64,000 bases of DNA from Nitrospirota bacterium (GTDB lineage Bacteria; Nitrospirota; UBA9217). A program made the translations under genes and the position numbers. Below the pieces are notes generated by a model, which made no database searches, was not told where the DNA came from, and saw only the letters and a list, made by a program, of their open reading frames with translations. The stretch is from assembly GCA_963796285.1 (NCBI GenBank), contig CAWCKW010000013.1:550442-614441 (forward strand), given 5' to 3'. This document shows, piece by piece, positions 21,085 through 31,352 of the stretch (position 1 is its first letter; every line of letters begins with the position of its first letter).

Positions 21085-21579
21085 TCACCTCAGCTTGATC
21101 TCTTCAAATACCCTCTCAATGTTCAGCAGGGCTGCCTCGCCCGTCTCTCGCCGGATGATCCCCAATAAAAAACGGTTGCGGTCTTTGCCTGCCTGCTGCG
21201 CTCCCTGGTCGGAAGGGATCGCCAGAACGCTGCTCTCCGGCACCCCGACCACTTCGGTAACGTTATCAACTACGATGCCGAAAGTCACGGTACCGTATTT
21301 GATAATGGCGATCTGGCCGGGGACGGACTGCAGCGGGAGGGAAAGCGCCGTGCGGATATCTACGATCGGGACAATGTTCCCACGCAGGTTGATGACGCCG
21401 AGCACATGGGACGGGGTTGTCGGGACAGGAAAAATTTTCCGGGAAATGATGATCTCCGTCAGAAGTTCGACCGGGATGGCATACGTGTCCCCACCCATAC
21501 TGAAGAGACAAACGCGAAGCTCCTCTTCCGGCAGGACTTCTATCACCTCAGTGGTGACGTCGCTGTCAAGCTCGGCCAA
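21085..21579 (-). CDS. cheW: CheW adaptor (PilI-like)
   Basis: [23 protein letters not shown] and GIVVDNV. Confidence 0.92.
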   Translation of the reverse strand: MAELDSDVTTEVIEVLPEEELRVCLFSMGGDTYAIPVELLTEIIISRKIFPVPTTPSHVLGVINLRGNIVPIVDIRTALSLPLQSVPGQIAIIKYGTVTFGIVVDNVTEVVGVPESSVLAIPSDQGAQQAGKDRNRFLLGIIRRETGEAALLNIERVFEEIKLR

Positions 21580-21639
21580 ACGGGCCCCCCTTTAGTGATT
21601 TGCCAATACCATATCTTAGCAACATGAAATGAAAATATC

Positions 21640-21783
21640 CGTCACGAAAGCACTAAGACGCAAAAAAGCATTAGTCATAAGCGTGTCGAAGAGTAATACC
21701 TGACCCGCCAGAAAAATCATTCTACATTACTCCATGTCCTGGCGTCTTTGTGGCAACGTCGGTTCCGCCCAATCCAGGTTGGA
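21640..21783. repeat. Degenerate copy of the palindrome plus GGTTCCGGCTTGTCCGGGTT element
   Basis: gtcacgaaagcactaagacgc ... tcctggcgtctttgtggc, then ggttccgcccaatccaggttgg. Confidence 0.5.
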
Positions 21784-21785
21784 GC

Positions 21786-22145
21786 TCAGATGTATTTCTT
21801 GACCGCCTTGACCAGGTCTTCCGGCTTGAACGGCTTGGTCAAATACTCGTCGGCGCCCTGTTTCATCCCCCAGAACTTATCGCTCGCCTGGTCCTTGGAT
21901 GTTACCATGATGACCGGGATATTCTTGAACTGGGCATTGCTCTTTATATCTCTGCAGACCTGGAAACCGTTTTTCTTCGGCATGAGCACATCAAGGACAA
22001 TCAAATCGATCTTCTCCGTCCGCACCTTCTCCTCCGCCGCTTCACCATCCATGACTGTTACGATGGTATGGCCGGTATACGAAAGCGCTTGCTGAAATAT
22101 CTGAAGCTCCGCTAGGCTGTCGTCCGCAATGAGTATTTTGGCCAT
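21786..22145 (-). CDS. Single-domain CheY-like response regulator (PilH-like)
   Basis: LIADDS, LDVLMPKKNGFQVCR, VTSKDQASDKFWGMKQGADEYLTKPF. Confidence 0.9.
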   Translation of the reverse strand: MAKILIADDSLAELQIFQQALSYTGHTIVTVMDGEAAEEKVRTEKIDLIVLDVLMPKKNGFQVCRDIKSNAQFKNIPVIMVTSKDQASDKFWGMKQGADEYLTKPFKPEDLVKAVKKYI

Positions 22146-22268
22146 ACTTGTCTCCTTTTTTCATGGTGCTCAAGGTTGTTAAATAATTAACATAATTCTT
22201 TGGGTGTGTCAAGTTTTTGTTTTATTTTTCTTTGGGTTATGGCCTATCCCGTCCCTGAGGATAGCGGC

Positions 22269-23567
22269 TCACCGTTTCCTCCTTATCAAGTTCACCGAGA
22301 GCAGAATGAACATGCTCTTAGCCACGTCAAAATCACTCAGAAAAAGCATCTCGATGATCTCCTGGATGGTCCGCCTGCCATTGATGAGCGAGAACACCTT
22401 CAGATCGACGTCACTCATCCCCCGCGTCGTGAGCTCCTCGGCATTTCCGATCATGGGTTCAAATACCATATTGAAATCCGGGATCTTTTTCTGGATGAGG
22501 CTCCACTCATCCGCCCGCCGGGCGCCCTCCAACAGCAGATCGTCCACGTTGATCTGGACCGGGGCCGCGAAGACCGGGGCACTGGTCTTTTCAAAATAAA
22601 AGTCTCCGTCCTTCCAAGCCATGGCCTTGTATACCGCCGACTCGGTATGTTGCCTGAGGCATTCGGCAAAGGCCTTGTGGCCGATCATTTTTTCCCGGAA
22701 GAGAACCATGTCAACCGGCTGTGAGGTCATTTCCGCGATGCGCAGCACATACCGGAGACTGTCCTCGTCTATCCTGCAGGACTTCCTGAGCAATGCCTCC
22801 ACCGAGGTACCGTTCCCGTTGCTGTTCTCCGAAGCAAAGACCACCAATCCGTCCTTAAAATAAATTTCGACGGCGTCTCCCGGACGATTGATGACCACCC
22901 GGCCGGTCTGGCACTGGAGTCCGAGCCTCTTCATCACGTCCACGATCCGGATGCTCGCCAGGTTCCCCTGGATGCCCGCAGTGACCGCTCCATCTTGTGC
23001 TTTGGCCAGCTCCTGTCGGATGATATCGGGAAGCTTCGTTTTTACAAATGCGTCAAACACCTGCTCGACCATGGAGCGCACCATGGCCTCAATCCCAGCC
23101 CTTGGCGGCGCCATACCCGATAACGGTGACAACACAGCGGGCCTGCTCTCTCTCGGGGGTTCGGGGGGAGGCGGTGGTGGAGTCTGTGCTTCTCTTCGCT
23201 TGTCGATGACGTCCCGGATCTTGGCGAGAAGTTCATTGGGCTGGAACGGTTTCGTAAAAAAATCGGTAATACCGAGGGCATCGACAAACTTGCTGCCGAC
23301 CTTATCGCCCTTGGAGGTCACGAGGATAATGGGGGTATCCTTGAAATCCGGGTCATCCTTCAGGATCTTGCAGACCTGGAACCCGTTCATCTTCGGCATA
23401 ACGAAGTCAACGAGGATCACGGCGGGCCGTTCTGACCGGGCCTTTGCAATACCCTCCTCGCCGTCTGACGCGAGGATGACCTCGTAGCCCTGCGAGGCCA
23501 GGATCATTTCGATAAGCCGCTGTACGGTCGGGCTGTCGTCAATATCGAGTATTTTTTCCCCTGCCAT
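22269..23567 (-). CDS. Response regulator with a DUF4388 (PatA-N-like) domain
   Basis: N-terminal REC (IDDS, VDFVMP, KPF), Pro linker, then IQGNLASIRIVD...TGRV...IYFKDG.VVFA and WKDGDFYF...LLLEGARRADEW. Confidence 0.85.
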   Translation of the reverse strand: MAGEKILDIDDSPTVQRLIEMILASQGYEVILASDGEEGIAKARSERPAVILVDFVMPKMNGFQVCKILKDDPDFKDTPIILVTSKGDKVGSKFVDALGITDFFTKPFQPNELLAKIRDVIDKRREAQTPPPPPPEPPRESRPAVLSPLSGMAPPRAGIEAMVRSMVEQVFDAFVKTKLPDIIRQELAKAQDGAVTAGIQGNLASIRIVDVMKRLGLQCQTGRVVINRPGDAVEIYFKDGLVVFASENSNGNGTSVEALLRKSCRIDEDSLRYVLRIAEMTSQPVDMVLFREKMIGHKAFAECLRQHTESAVYKAMAWKDGDFYFEKTSAPVFAAPVQINVDDLLLEGARRADEWSLIQKKIPDFNMVFEPMIGNAEELTTRGMSDVDLKVFSLINGRRTIQEIIEMLFLSDFDVAKSMFILLSVNLIRRKR

Positions 23568-23591
23568 AAATGACCCCGTGCTTTCTTGCGA

Positions 23592-23621
23592 ATATTAGCA
23601 CGGCGGAAAAGCTATTGTCAA
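23592..23621 (-). promoter_or_regulatory. Sigma70-type promoter of the chemosensory operon
   Basis: Minus strand TTGACA-18 nt-TAATAT with a TG extension, about 25 nt before ATG 23567. Confidence 0.55.
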
Positions 23622-23809
23622 CAGCTTAAACCTCAGGGGCAAAGAAGCAATTGTTGATGAGCAGGGATTTCAGAGGCAAGGGGAAAATTGCCGCGGCACT
23701 CTTTGAAAAGGGACCTTTTGAGGGGTTATCGAGAGTCGGCTGCATTGCTGGATCGGATGCATCCTTCATCCACCAGATAAGACAGATGACTCAATTAAAA
23801 TGAATGAAC

Positions 23810-23853
23810 TCCCCCGTCGGCCCTGTTTAGCAAGGGGGGATGGGGGGATTTGA
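23810..23853. repeat. Degenerate CCCCCTTTAGCAAAGGGGG-type REP-like element
   Basis: cccccgtcggccctgtttagcaaggggggatggggggatttg. Confidence 0.4.
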
Positions 23854-24009
23854 ACAACTTTGATGTCCTGATTTCACATTGTGTAATAGCAGTTATTGCG
23901 TTTGTTGTACGTGCCGTGTTTGTGCCGGACCCTAAAGACAATCGGACGGAAAGAGGTCCCGTGACCGAGAGTACATAAGACCTCTTCTCCCGATGTCTTT
24001 TCTTTCGTC

Positions 24010-24960
24010 CTAACCCAGCTGGGTGCCGTCCTTGAGGTCTTCGTAAAACCGCCTGAGGTCGGGGAGTTTCTCCGCGGACATGGCCTTCATCCCGCTTCTG
24101 GGGTGTTCGTTCAGGATGCCGGTGATCATGTACGGGATATGGTATCCCCACTCCACCTTTGCTTTCATAGGGATGAAGATCTCCTGAATGATGGAGATGA
24201 TCGGCCGAATGTCGAACTTCGGGTTCTTGAGGAACGAGAGCAGAAGTTCCGTAGGACAGTTACCCGCGCCCCGCCCCATTCCATAGATGGTCGAATCGAG
24301 GCGGTTGATCCCCGCGACAATCCCGTCTATCGTGTTCGAAAAGGCGAGCTGCTGGTTGTTGTGGGTATGGATGCCAAGCTCCTTGCCCGGAAGCGCTTCG
24401 CGGTATTTCTTCGCAAAGAAATGGACCTGCTCCGAATACATGGCGCCGAAGCTGTCAACGAGGTAGATGACCGGCACCTCGCTTTTCGCAAGGTCCTCAA
24501 GCGCTTCATCCAGCTCTTTTTCGAGGACCTTCGAGACCGCCATGAGGTTGATCGTGGTCTCGTAGCCCTTCTCCATGCAGTGGTGAGCAAGGCTTATCGC
24601 CTTGTCGACCTCTTTTGCATAGCAGGCCACCCGGATCATATCAAGGGCGCTTTCGCTCTTCTTGGGAATGTCCTCGTGTTCGATGCGGCCGATGTCCGCC
24701 ATGGCGGACAATTTCATCGTCGTGTCCAGGCCGCCGACAACCCGTTTCAGGTCATCTTCGGAGCAAAACTTCCATGCGCCGTTCTCGGCCCGGGAGAAGC
24801 ATTTCTCCGAGGACTTGTAGCCTATCTCCATATAATCGACGCCGGCCTGCGACAGGGCGATATAGACCTTCCGGACAAAATCATCGTTGAACTGCCACTG
24901 GTTGATCAAGCCGCCGTCACGGACCGTACAATCAAGGACCTTTATCTGTGGACGAAACAC
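24010..24960 (-). CDS. HMGL-like (DRE-TIM) aldolase, 4-hydroxy-2-oxovalerate aldolase-like
   Basis: LDCTVRDGG, VDSFG, GIHTHNNQQLA, GMGRGAGN; SD GGAGG before GTG 24960. Confidence 0.85.
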   Translation of the reverse strand: MFRPQIKVLDCTVRDGGLINQWQFNDDFVRKVYIALSQAGVDYMEIGYKSSEKCFSRAENGAWKFCSEDDLKRVVGGLDTTMKLSAMADIGRIEHEDIPKKSESALDMIRVACYAKEVDKAISLAHHCMEKGYETTINLMAVSKVLEKELDEALEDLAKSEVPVIYLVDSFGAMYSEQVHFFAKKYREALPGKELGIHTHNNQQLAFSNTIDGIVAGINRLDSTIYGMGRGAGNCPTELLLSFLKNPKFDIRPIISIIQEIFIPMKAKVEWGYHIPYMITGILNEHPRSGMKAMSAEKLPDLRRFYEDLKDGTQLG

Positions 24961-25048
24961 TGTGGATACCTCCCAAAATATGAATATTTCCTGCCCCCCA
25001 AATGATGAGGAACGCCTCATTATACACAATTCCCCCGTGAATGTGAAG

Positions 25049-25699
25049 TCAGGTTTTAGTCCGCGACCCTTCGACCTTCCCGACAAAACTCCTCGCCAGC
25101 CCGGCAATGGAAGCCCAGTCCTTCGCTGCCACGAGATCGCGCCTGATGATTGCCGCGCCGACGAGGATCGCCGCAGCATCGGCTGCGAGGTAGTTGGATA
25201 TGTTCTCAAGGGTCGCCCCGCCGCATAGCATATAGGGGATAAAAGGCAGCGGCCCCCTGATCGCCTTGAGAAAATCGAGGCCGCCGATCTCGACAAAGGG
25301 GAAGAGCTTGATGATATCTCCGCCTGCCTTGTAGGCCCGGTAGATCTCGGTCGGCGTGCACGCGCCGGGGATCGAGATAACGCCTTCCTTTTTCGCGAAC
25401 GTCACCACCTCTTCGTCAAAGGCGGGGCTCACCAGGTACGAGGCCCCGGCCTTCAGGGCCTTTCTCGCATCATCAACGCTCAGGACCGTACCGGCCCCGA
25501 CCACGACCCGTTCGTCTCCGCTCATGCGACTGATGACCTCATCCGCCCCCGGCACCGAGAAGGTGATCTCGATGAACCTGACGCCCCCTGCCACGCAGGC
25601 CATTGCCGCATGATAGGCGTCTTCCGCTGATCCGGTGCGGATCGCGACCATAATCTGATTTCTCTTCAGGTCTTTTATGAAACGCTCTTGCTTTGTCAT
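25049..25699 (-). CDS. eda: KDPG/KHG aldolase family protein
   Basis: IEITF, VGAGTVL, LVSP, GACTPTEI, Schiff-base KLFP, GG. Confidence 0.85.
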   Translation of the reverse strand: MTKQERFIKDLKRNQIMVAIRTGSAEDAYHAAMACVAGGVRFIEITFSVPGADEVISRMSGDERVVVGAGTVLSVDDARKALKAGASYLVSPAFDEEVVTFAKKEGVISIPGACTPTEIYRAYKAGGDIIKLFPFVEIGGLDFLKAIRGPLPFIPYMLCGGATLENISNYLAADAAAILVGAAIIRRDLVAAKDWASIAGLARSFVGKVEGSRTKT

Positions 25700-25794
25700 T
25701 AGGTCCTCGTTCAGTTCTGCTCCGGGACTCGTGGGAGCATTATTTCTTGCACGCTATGAGCTTGCCGGCATATGACGAGAAGGCATCAATTCAA

Positions 25795-25912
25795 GGTGAG
25801 CATGTGCCAGAGTTTGAGAGCGTTGTCTCAGCTGCCGGACAAGACGACCTTCCGGTCGGGGCTGAAGGCAACAAAAGTATTTGCTCCCGAATGTCGTTAA
25901 GAGGAATGCGCG
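25795..25912 (-). pseudogene. WD40 repeat remnant
   Basis: Reads VAFSPDRKVVLSGS*DNALKLWHML, matching the WD40 consensus VAFSPDG..LLSGS.D.TLKLWD, with an internal TGA. Confidence 0.55.
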
Positions 25913-26347
25913 GTCTTCGTTGTCTGTTGTTTGCGTTTCACAGCAGTAACGTAGTCGCCTGAGCGCAAAGATGATTTTGACTGTAGTTAGTTCTCACCGG
26001 CTGCTATACCGGGGTTACATACGAAAAGCAATCATTGAGGAAACGAGTAGCAGAAAAAACCCCGTGTTTTTCTTATCAGCACTCCTTAAGTATAAAAAGA
26101 AAATGAAATACGAGAACGTTCGATAAAACATGGACAAATACTACCATAAATACTCAGATGAGAAAAGACCTATTGTACAGCCGAATTGACTCACCATAAC
26201 TGTTGCCTCACCGTCAAAATATATCTCTCACATAACTTCCGCTGAATGCAGTTCATGGCCGATCCATCGTAAGTTGTTGACGCGAGAGGGAGTTCCAGAT
26301 ATACTGAACCATGCCGTGATGACATCACTAAACGGGGGGGCCACACT

Positions 26348-28565
26348 GTGGAAAATAAAGTACCCGGTCCATCCAAGGGATATCAAAAACAGATCAAAAA
26401 AGATGTTCCAAAGGCCCGGCCGTTGTCTAAGGCAAAGGGAAGCTCCCAGCCCGACTATAGCTCATCTGCCGCAAAGAAATGGCCCCTCTTCCTTGAGGCA
26501 GTGGAGAGCGGAAATGTCGATGTGGTGAATAAGTTGATCGAAGAGGGATTGAATGTAAATGTAAGCCGCGACGGGACAACGCCGTTGATGCTTGCTGCTT
26601 CAAAAGGGCGCCTCGAGATTGCCGAGGCGATCATTCAGGCGGGAGCGAACGTTAATGCAAGAAGTGATGCAGGCTGGACAGCCTTGCATATGGCGGCATT
26701 TGATCAAAAACAAAGCGATATCATTGACCTTCTGATGCAATCAGGCGTTGATATAGAGGCGCGGAACAAGGCCGGCAAGACCGCCCTGCTATTAGCTGAA
26801 GAAAAAGGTCATCGTGATATTGTTCGCGTTATTAAGGCGAATCTGCAAAAACTTCGGGTCGATGCGCAAGACTGGGAGACGTTCTTGACCACTCAGGAGG
26901 GCAGACCCTATCAACAAAAAAGACGATATGAATCCCTGACGTTGCTGTTCAAGTTCTGGTGGTTGCCGCCTCTTGTACTGGCCGGTGCCAGTCTTCTTCT
27001 TGGCTATCTCGTCGGCGTTGCCGTCCTCGCAGGCATCATTGGTCTTGCCGCCGGGTTTCTCTTGGGCCTTACCATTCTCTTCATGGAAAAAAAGTTGCGC
27101 ACATATCTGGCTGAGATCGGACCATTACCCTATCTCGACATCCATATAGTAAGGGGAAAAAGGAAGGCCGGGGAACCGATATTACTTGAGAAAACGAGCA
27201 AACCTCCCTCTGCCGATGAAGCAGGCGAACAATCCGAAGATACTGCTTCGGCTGATCAGGCAGTTGACCGTGTGCCGATGGAACAATGGCGTGCTGAAAG
27301 AGCCTCTTCGTTGAAAAAAAAGATGCATCTGACCATCGTTCTCTATGCTGTTGTTGCGTTTGTCGTAGTGCTTCTCATCGGCGCGATAATCATCAAGAGA
27401 ACATCTCTTACGCACTGGTATTTTGCAACGCGATTGGAGCGGAGCGGCATCCGGTTTTCCAGCCAGGAATTCCTGAATGAGGTGTCGAAGAACAATGAGA
27501 AGGCTGTGGACCTCTTTGTTAAAGCGGGAGTTGATTTGAACGCGATGAATGAAAAGGGCCAAACAGCGCTCATGCTCGCTGCTGAAAAAGGACACGTGAG
27601 GATGCTCCAGGCGCTTGCCAAGCTGAATGCGCCATCGTTGAATCATGCCGACAAGAGCGGGAATACGGCATTAATGACGGCCGCAAGACAGGGACAAGAG
27701 AACATCGTTCAAGCGCTCGTTGAGAGTGGTGCAGACGTGAACTATACGGTCCCTGCCAGTGAAGGTGCTGCTACGCCACTGCAAGCGGCCCTGGACACTG
27801 TTGATTTCAAGGATGAACAGATGCGCGTCATACAATACCTCTTGCAAAAGGGCGCTGATGTGAAAGGCCGGAATAAAGCGGGGCAATTCCCCTTACTGTT
27901 CGCCGTTGAGCATGGCAATACGGAAATTGTCAAGGTGCTGATCGAACACGGCGCAGACGTGAATGACGCGGATTTGAAGGGCGGTTTTGCATTGCGGACC
28001 GCCGCGTGCAATGGATATCCGAGGCTCGTCACCCTGCTCGCGGAACACGGTGCAAACATGAAAATGGCGTTACCTGACGGACAGACGCCGCTGATGTGTG
28101 CCGTGAAGGCGGGGCACGCAGACACCGTCAAAGCGCTGCTGGAAAAAGGGGCGCCGGTCAATGCGAAGACGAGCGGCGGCAGTGCTGCATTGACTGAAGC
28201 CTGCCAGAGCGGGAGCCGTTGAAGTCGTACAATTACTGCTCGCCCAAGGCGCAGATCCCGTCAATGGATATGTTCCAGACTCATTCCTGAAGTTGAACGG
28301 GAGAACGATCGCCTTCACAGCAAAAAAGGTTGCGATACGCGGCATGCTGGAGCGCATCGCAAAGACGGCTTCTCAAGACGGCTATACAATCAAATTCGGC
28401 GCATTCAGCAACAGCAATAAAAAAATTATGCTCAGGGAAAAAGGGCCATGGAACAAGGTCCTGCTTGAGCAGTCGACGAAAAATCATCTCTTGTTGGTGC
28501 TGAAAGAGAGAGAGGTCTTTGTAATACCCTATGATCCGGCGGCCATAAAACATGAACCGATCTAA
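26348..28565 (+). CDS. Membrane-anchored ankyrin-repeat protein with a C-terminal secretin-N0/STN-like domain; one frameshift near 28212
   Basis: Ankyrin units G.TPLM.AA..G...IV..LL..GADVN before and after three hydrophobic segments. The ankyrin consensus continues in the +1 frame (GAVEVVQLLLAQGADP) into ORF 28293-28565. Confidence 0.8.
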
Positions 28566-28691
28566 GGGCCATTTCCCGAGACGATGAATACCCGTCTCAA
28601 GCTTGGACATGCTTCGATGGTGCCAATCTGAGCGAGTTTAGAGCTCAAGTCTATAGGGTCACCCATTTGATGTCCTTAAGATGTCCCTTGC

Positions 28692-28720
28692 TTGACATAG
28701 CAGAGCGATTTCCATATAAT
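28692..28720 (+). promoter_or_regulatory. Perfect consensus sigma70 promoter of the pilin-like gene
   Basis: TTGACA-17 nt-TATAAT. Confidence 0.8.
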
Positions 28721-28798
28721 TACAAAAATCGAAAGAATGTGCATCTCGACGAAGGATGACACGAATGAATTCATGACGTGGAGCGACCGGGAAGGAGC

Positions 28799-29302
28799 AT
28801 GATAGTGAGAAATGACCAGAAAGGGTTCACTCTCCTTGAACTGGTGCTCGTCATCATTCTTGTCGGTGTACTAGCAGCAGCTGCAGTTACCCGCTATATT
28901 TCCCTTGCAAAGGAGGCTGAACGGACGGTCTTCGTGTACGAAATCGGCACTTTCTCCGCAGCTTTCAGCACCTATTCTTTAAAACAACTGGCCGGAAATC
29001 AACCGATCACCGCAAACGATTTTTTCATTAACCAGAAATTTTATTTCTCGAATTATGCCGGTGCCTTCGGCGATGTCGACGGCACCAATTGCCCTGCGGG
29101 GTACTGGGCATACCAGATTGGAAATGCATCCAACGGCGGTTGGACCGTAGTCATATACCGACCGAAAGCAACACTGACCCAGGCTTTCACCTGGGGCGGT
29201 ATGCAGTGGATTATTTATATTGTGAATGAAGTTACAGATGCGAGCGGAAAGACGATCGGGTTGACGCTGTCCGAATATGCATCTCCGCCGCACATTTGGT
29301 AG
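28799..29302 (+). CDS. Type IV pilin / pseudopilin-like protein
   Basis: Class III signal QKG|FTLLELVLVIILVGVLAA with E5; SD AAGGAG. Confidence 0.85.
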   Translation: MIVRNDQKGFTLLELVLVIILVGVLAAAAVTRYISLAKEAERTVFVYEIGTFSAAFSTYSLKQLAGNQPITANDFFINQKFYFSNYAGAFGDVDGTNCPAGYWAYQIGNASNGGWTVVIYRPKATLTQAFTWGGMQWIIYIVNEVTDASGKTIGLTLSEYASPPHIW

Positions 29303-29383
29303 GATGGGGCCGGAGGGACAGGAGCGAGGCATCGAGAACTGCTGCTTATCGGCTCGCTCGTGATTGCATGTCCTCAAAGCATC

Positions 29384-29743
29384 TTACCGATCAATAATCT
29401 CGATTGTGAGTGCGGTCAGCCTGTCCTTTGCCTGTTTATACTCGACCCTCACCTGCATCGTTGTCGATAAATCTCCGATATGCAGCATCATTTTACCTTT
29501 CCAGATCCTTGTTTTGTCGTTGATGTAGAAAGCCAGCGTTTTCTTTTCCTGCATCATCGTTCCCTTGACAACAACGACATTCCCTTTTGCATCGACTTTT
29601 TCGACCACCCCTGAAAACATATCCTGTTTCCCGATCGTCGTTTGCTCTTGAGAGGCTTCCGGCGCGGGTTTCGAAATAGCATGAGCTCCCGAGACAAATC
29701 CGAATAACACCAATAGCGCAACCCCCACAAACATCTTCATCAT
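29384..29743 (-). CDS. Small exported protein, possible OB-fold (DUF5666-like)
   Basis: Signal peptide ending AHA; FSGVVEKVD...KTRI.KGK....GDL...VRVEY pattern; SD GGAGG. Confidence 0.65.
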   Translation of the reverse strand: MMKMFVGVALLVLFGFVSGAHAISKPAPEASQEQTTIGKQDMFSGVVEKVDAKGNVVVVKGTMMQEKKTLAFYINDKTRIWKGKMMLHIGDLSTTMQVRVEYKQAKDRLTALTIEIIDR

Positions 29744-29858
29744 GGATGTGAACCTCCTTGCTTAGACACTTATAGCGCCTTTGGAGATATCGAGCCAGCC
29801 CCGGCATAATCGCAGCCAGGGCGGAAAAGACGCATGAATGTTGTTCATTTTTTTCGAA

Positions 29859-31055
29859 TCACAGCAACTTCTTCGCCACCGCATCAATGAACTCCTCAGT
29901 GAGCGCGTATTTCGCCGGCTTCGGCTCCGCGATCGCGGCAAGGTCCTTGGTCATGGCGCCTTCTTCAATGGTCTTGATCACAATAGACTCGAGCTTCTTT
30001 GCAAACGCCACCACCTCCGGCGTCTTGTCCAGTTCGCCGCGGCGCGCGATCGCACCGGTCCATGCGAAGATGGAGGCGACGGAGTTCGTTGACGTGGGAT
30101 TGCCCTTCAGGTGCTCGTAGTAATGCCGCATCACGGTGCCGTGCGCTGCCTCATACACGTATTTGCCCTCGGGCGAGACCAGCACCGAGGTCATGAGCCC
30201 CAGGCTGCCGAAGCCCGAGGCCACCATGTCGCTCATCACGTCGCCGTCATAGTTCATGCAGGCCCAGAGCATGCCGCCTTCGGCCTTCATGATCTGCGCC
30301 ACCGCATCGTCGATCAGCATGTAGCGGTACGCGACCCCGGCCTGCGCAAAATCCGGCCTGCGCGCCTCAGCCTCCCGGTCGAAGACCTCTTTAAAGAAGG
30401 CGTGGTACGTCTTGGAAATGGTGTCCTTGGCGCCGAACCAGAGGTCGCACTTTTCACCGAGACTGTAATTGATGCAGGCCCGCGCAAAGCTTTGGATGGA
30501 CTTCTCCGTGTTATGCATGCCCATGATCACGCCGGGGCCTTTGAACTCGTGCACCAGAAGCGAGACCGCCTCCTTTCCGGAGGCGGGAGTGAACACCAGC
30601 TCTGCTTTGCCTGCCGTAGGGACTTTATACTCGACCGACCGGTAGATGTCGCCGTAGGCATGCCTGCCAATGCTGATCGGCTTCTTCCAGCTCCGTACCG
30701 CAGGCGGGATGTTCTTTACGATGATGGGCTTGCGGAAGACCGTACCGTCAAGGATCGAGCGGATCGTACCGTTGGGGCTCTTCCATGCCTGCTTGAGGCC
30801 ATACTCCTTCACGCGTGCCGCGTTCGGGGTGATGGTCGCGCACTTCACGCCTACGCCGTGCTCAATGACGGCATTCGCCGCGTCAATGGTGATCCTGTCC
30901 TCGGTCTCGTCACGGTGTTTGATGCCGAGGTCGTAATATCTGAGGTCCATCCTGAGATGGGGCGCAAGCAGCTTGTCCTTGATCATCTTCCAGATGATGC
31001 GCGTCATCTCGTCGCCGTCCATCTCCACGATGGGGCCCTTCACGGTAATAGCCAC
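29859..31055 (-). CDS. icd: NADP-dependent isocitrate dehydrogenase (eukaryote-like subfamily II)
   Basis: [53 protein letters not shown]. Confidence 0.95.
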   Translation of the reverse strand: MAITVKGPIVEMDGDEMTRIIWKMIKDKLLAPHLRMDLRYYDLGIKHRDETEDRITIDAANAVIEHGVGVKCATITPNAARVKEYGLKQAWKSPNGTIRSILDGTVFRKPIIVKNIPPAVRSWKKPISIGRHAYGDIYRSVEYKVPTAGKAELVFTPASGKEAVSLLVHEFKGPGVIMGMHNTEKSIQSFARACINYSLGEKCDLWFGAKDTISKTYHAFFKEVFDREAEARRPDFAQAGVAYRYMLIDDAVAQIMKAEGGMLWACMNYDGDVMSDMVASGFGSLGLMTSVLVSPEGKYVYEAAHGTVMRHYYEHLKGNPTSTNSVASIFAWTGAIARRGELDKTPEVVAFAKKLESIVIKTIEEGAMTKDLAAIAEPKPAKYALTEEFIDAVAKKLL

Positions 31056-31282
31056 GCTTGTCTCTCCCTATAAAGAACGATTGTTGTATGTTGTAATTCA
31101 GAAAGGATTCTAATGCGGAGTGGTGGAATTGTCAACTGAACAATCGTTAGCAACCAAGGAATCAAATTCTACTCAACCCGGCGGGAATTATCTGTATTGT
31201 CAATATCGTTGAGTCCTTAAGTCTGCCAGCCCGTTTTTCAGCATTAACGCGCGCGCGGACATTAACCAGAATTCGGGAGCAA

Positions 31283-31320
31283 GACACCTCCTTTGCCGGT
31301 TCACCTGCAAAGGAGGTGTC
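31283..31320. terminator. 14-bp stem-loop downstream of the tup operon
   Basis: gacacctcctttgc-10 nt-gcaaaggaggtgtc; no clear U-tract. Confidence 0.55.
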
Positions 31321-31352
31321 CATGTTCCCAGTTCCTTCACCGTGTTAAAAAG

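Noticed and set aside
24961-25296. 112-aa N-terminal extension of the HMGL-like ORF
   Set aside because: Overlaps eda; SD and homology indicate the start is GTG 24960.
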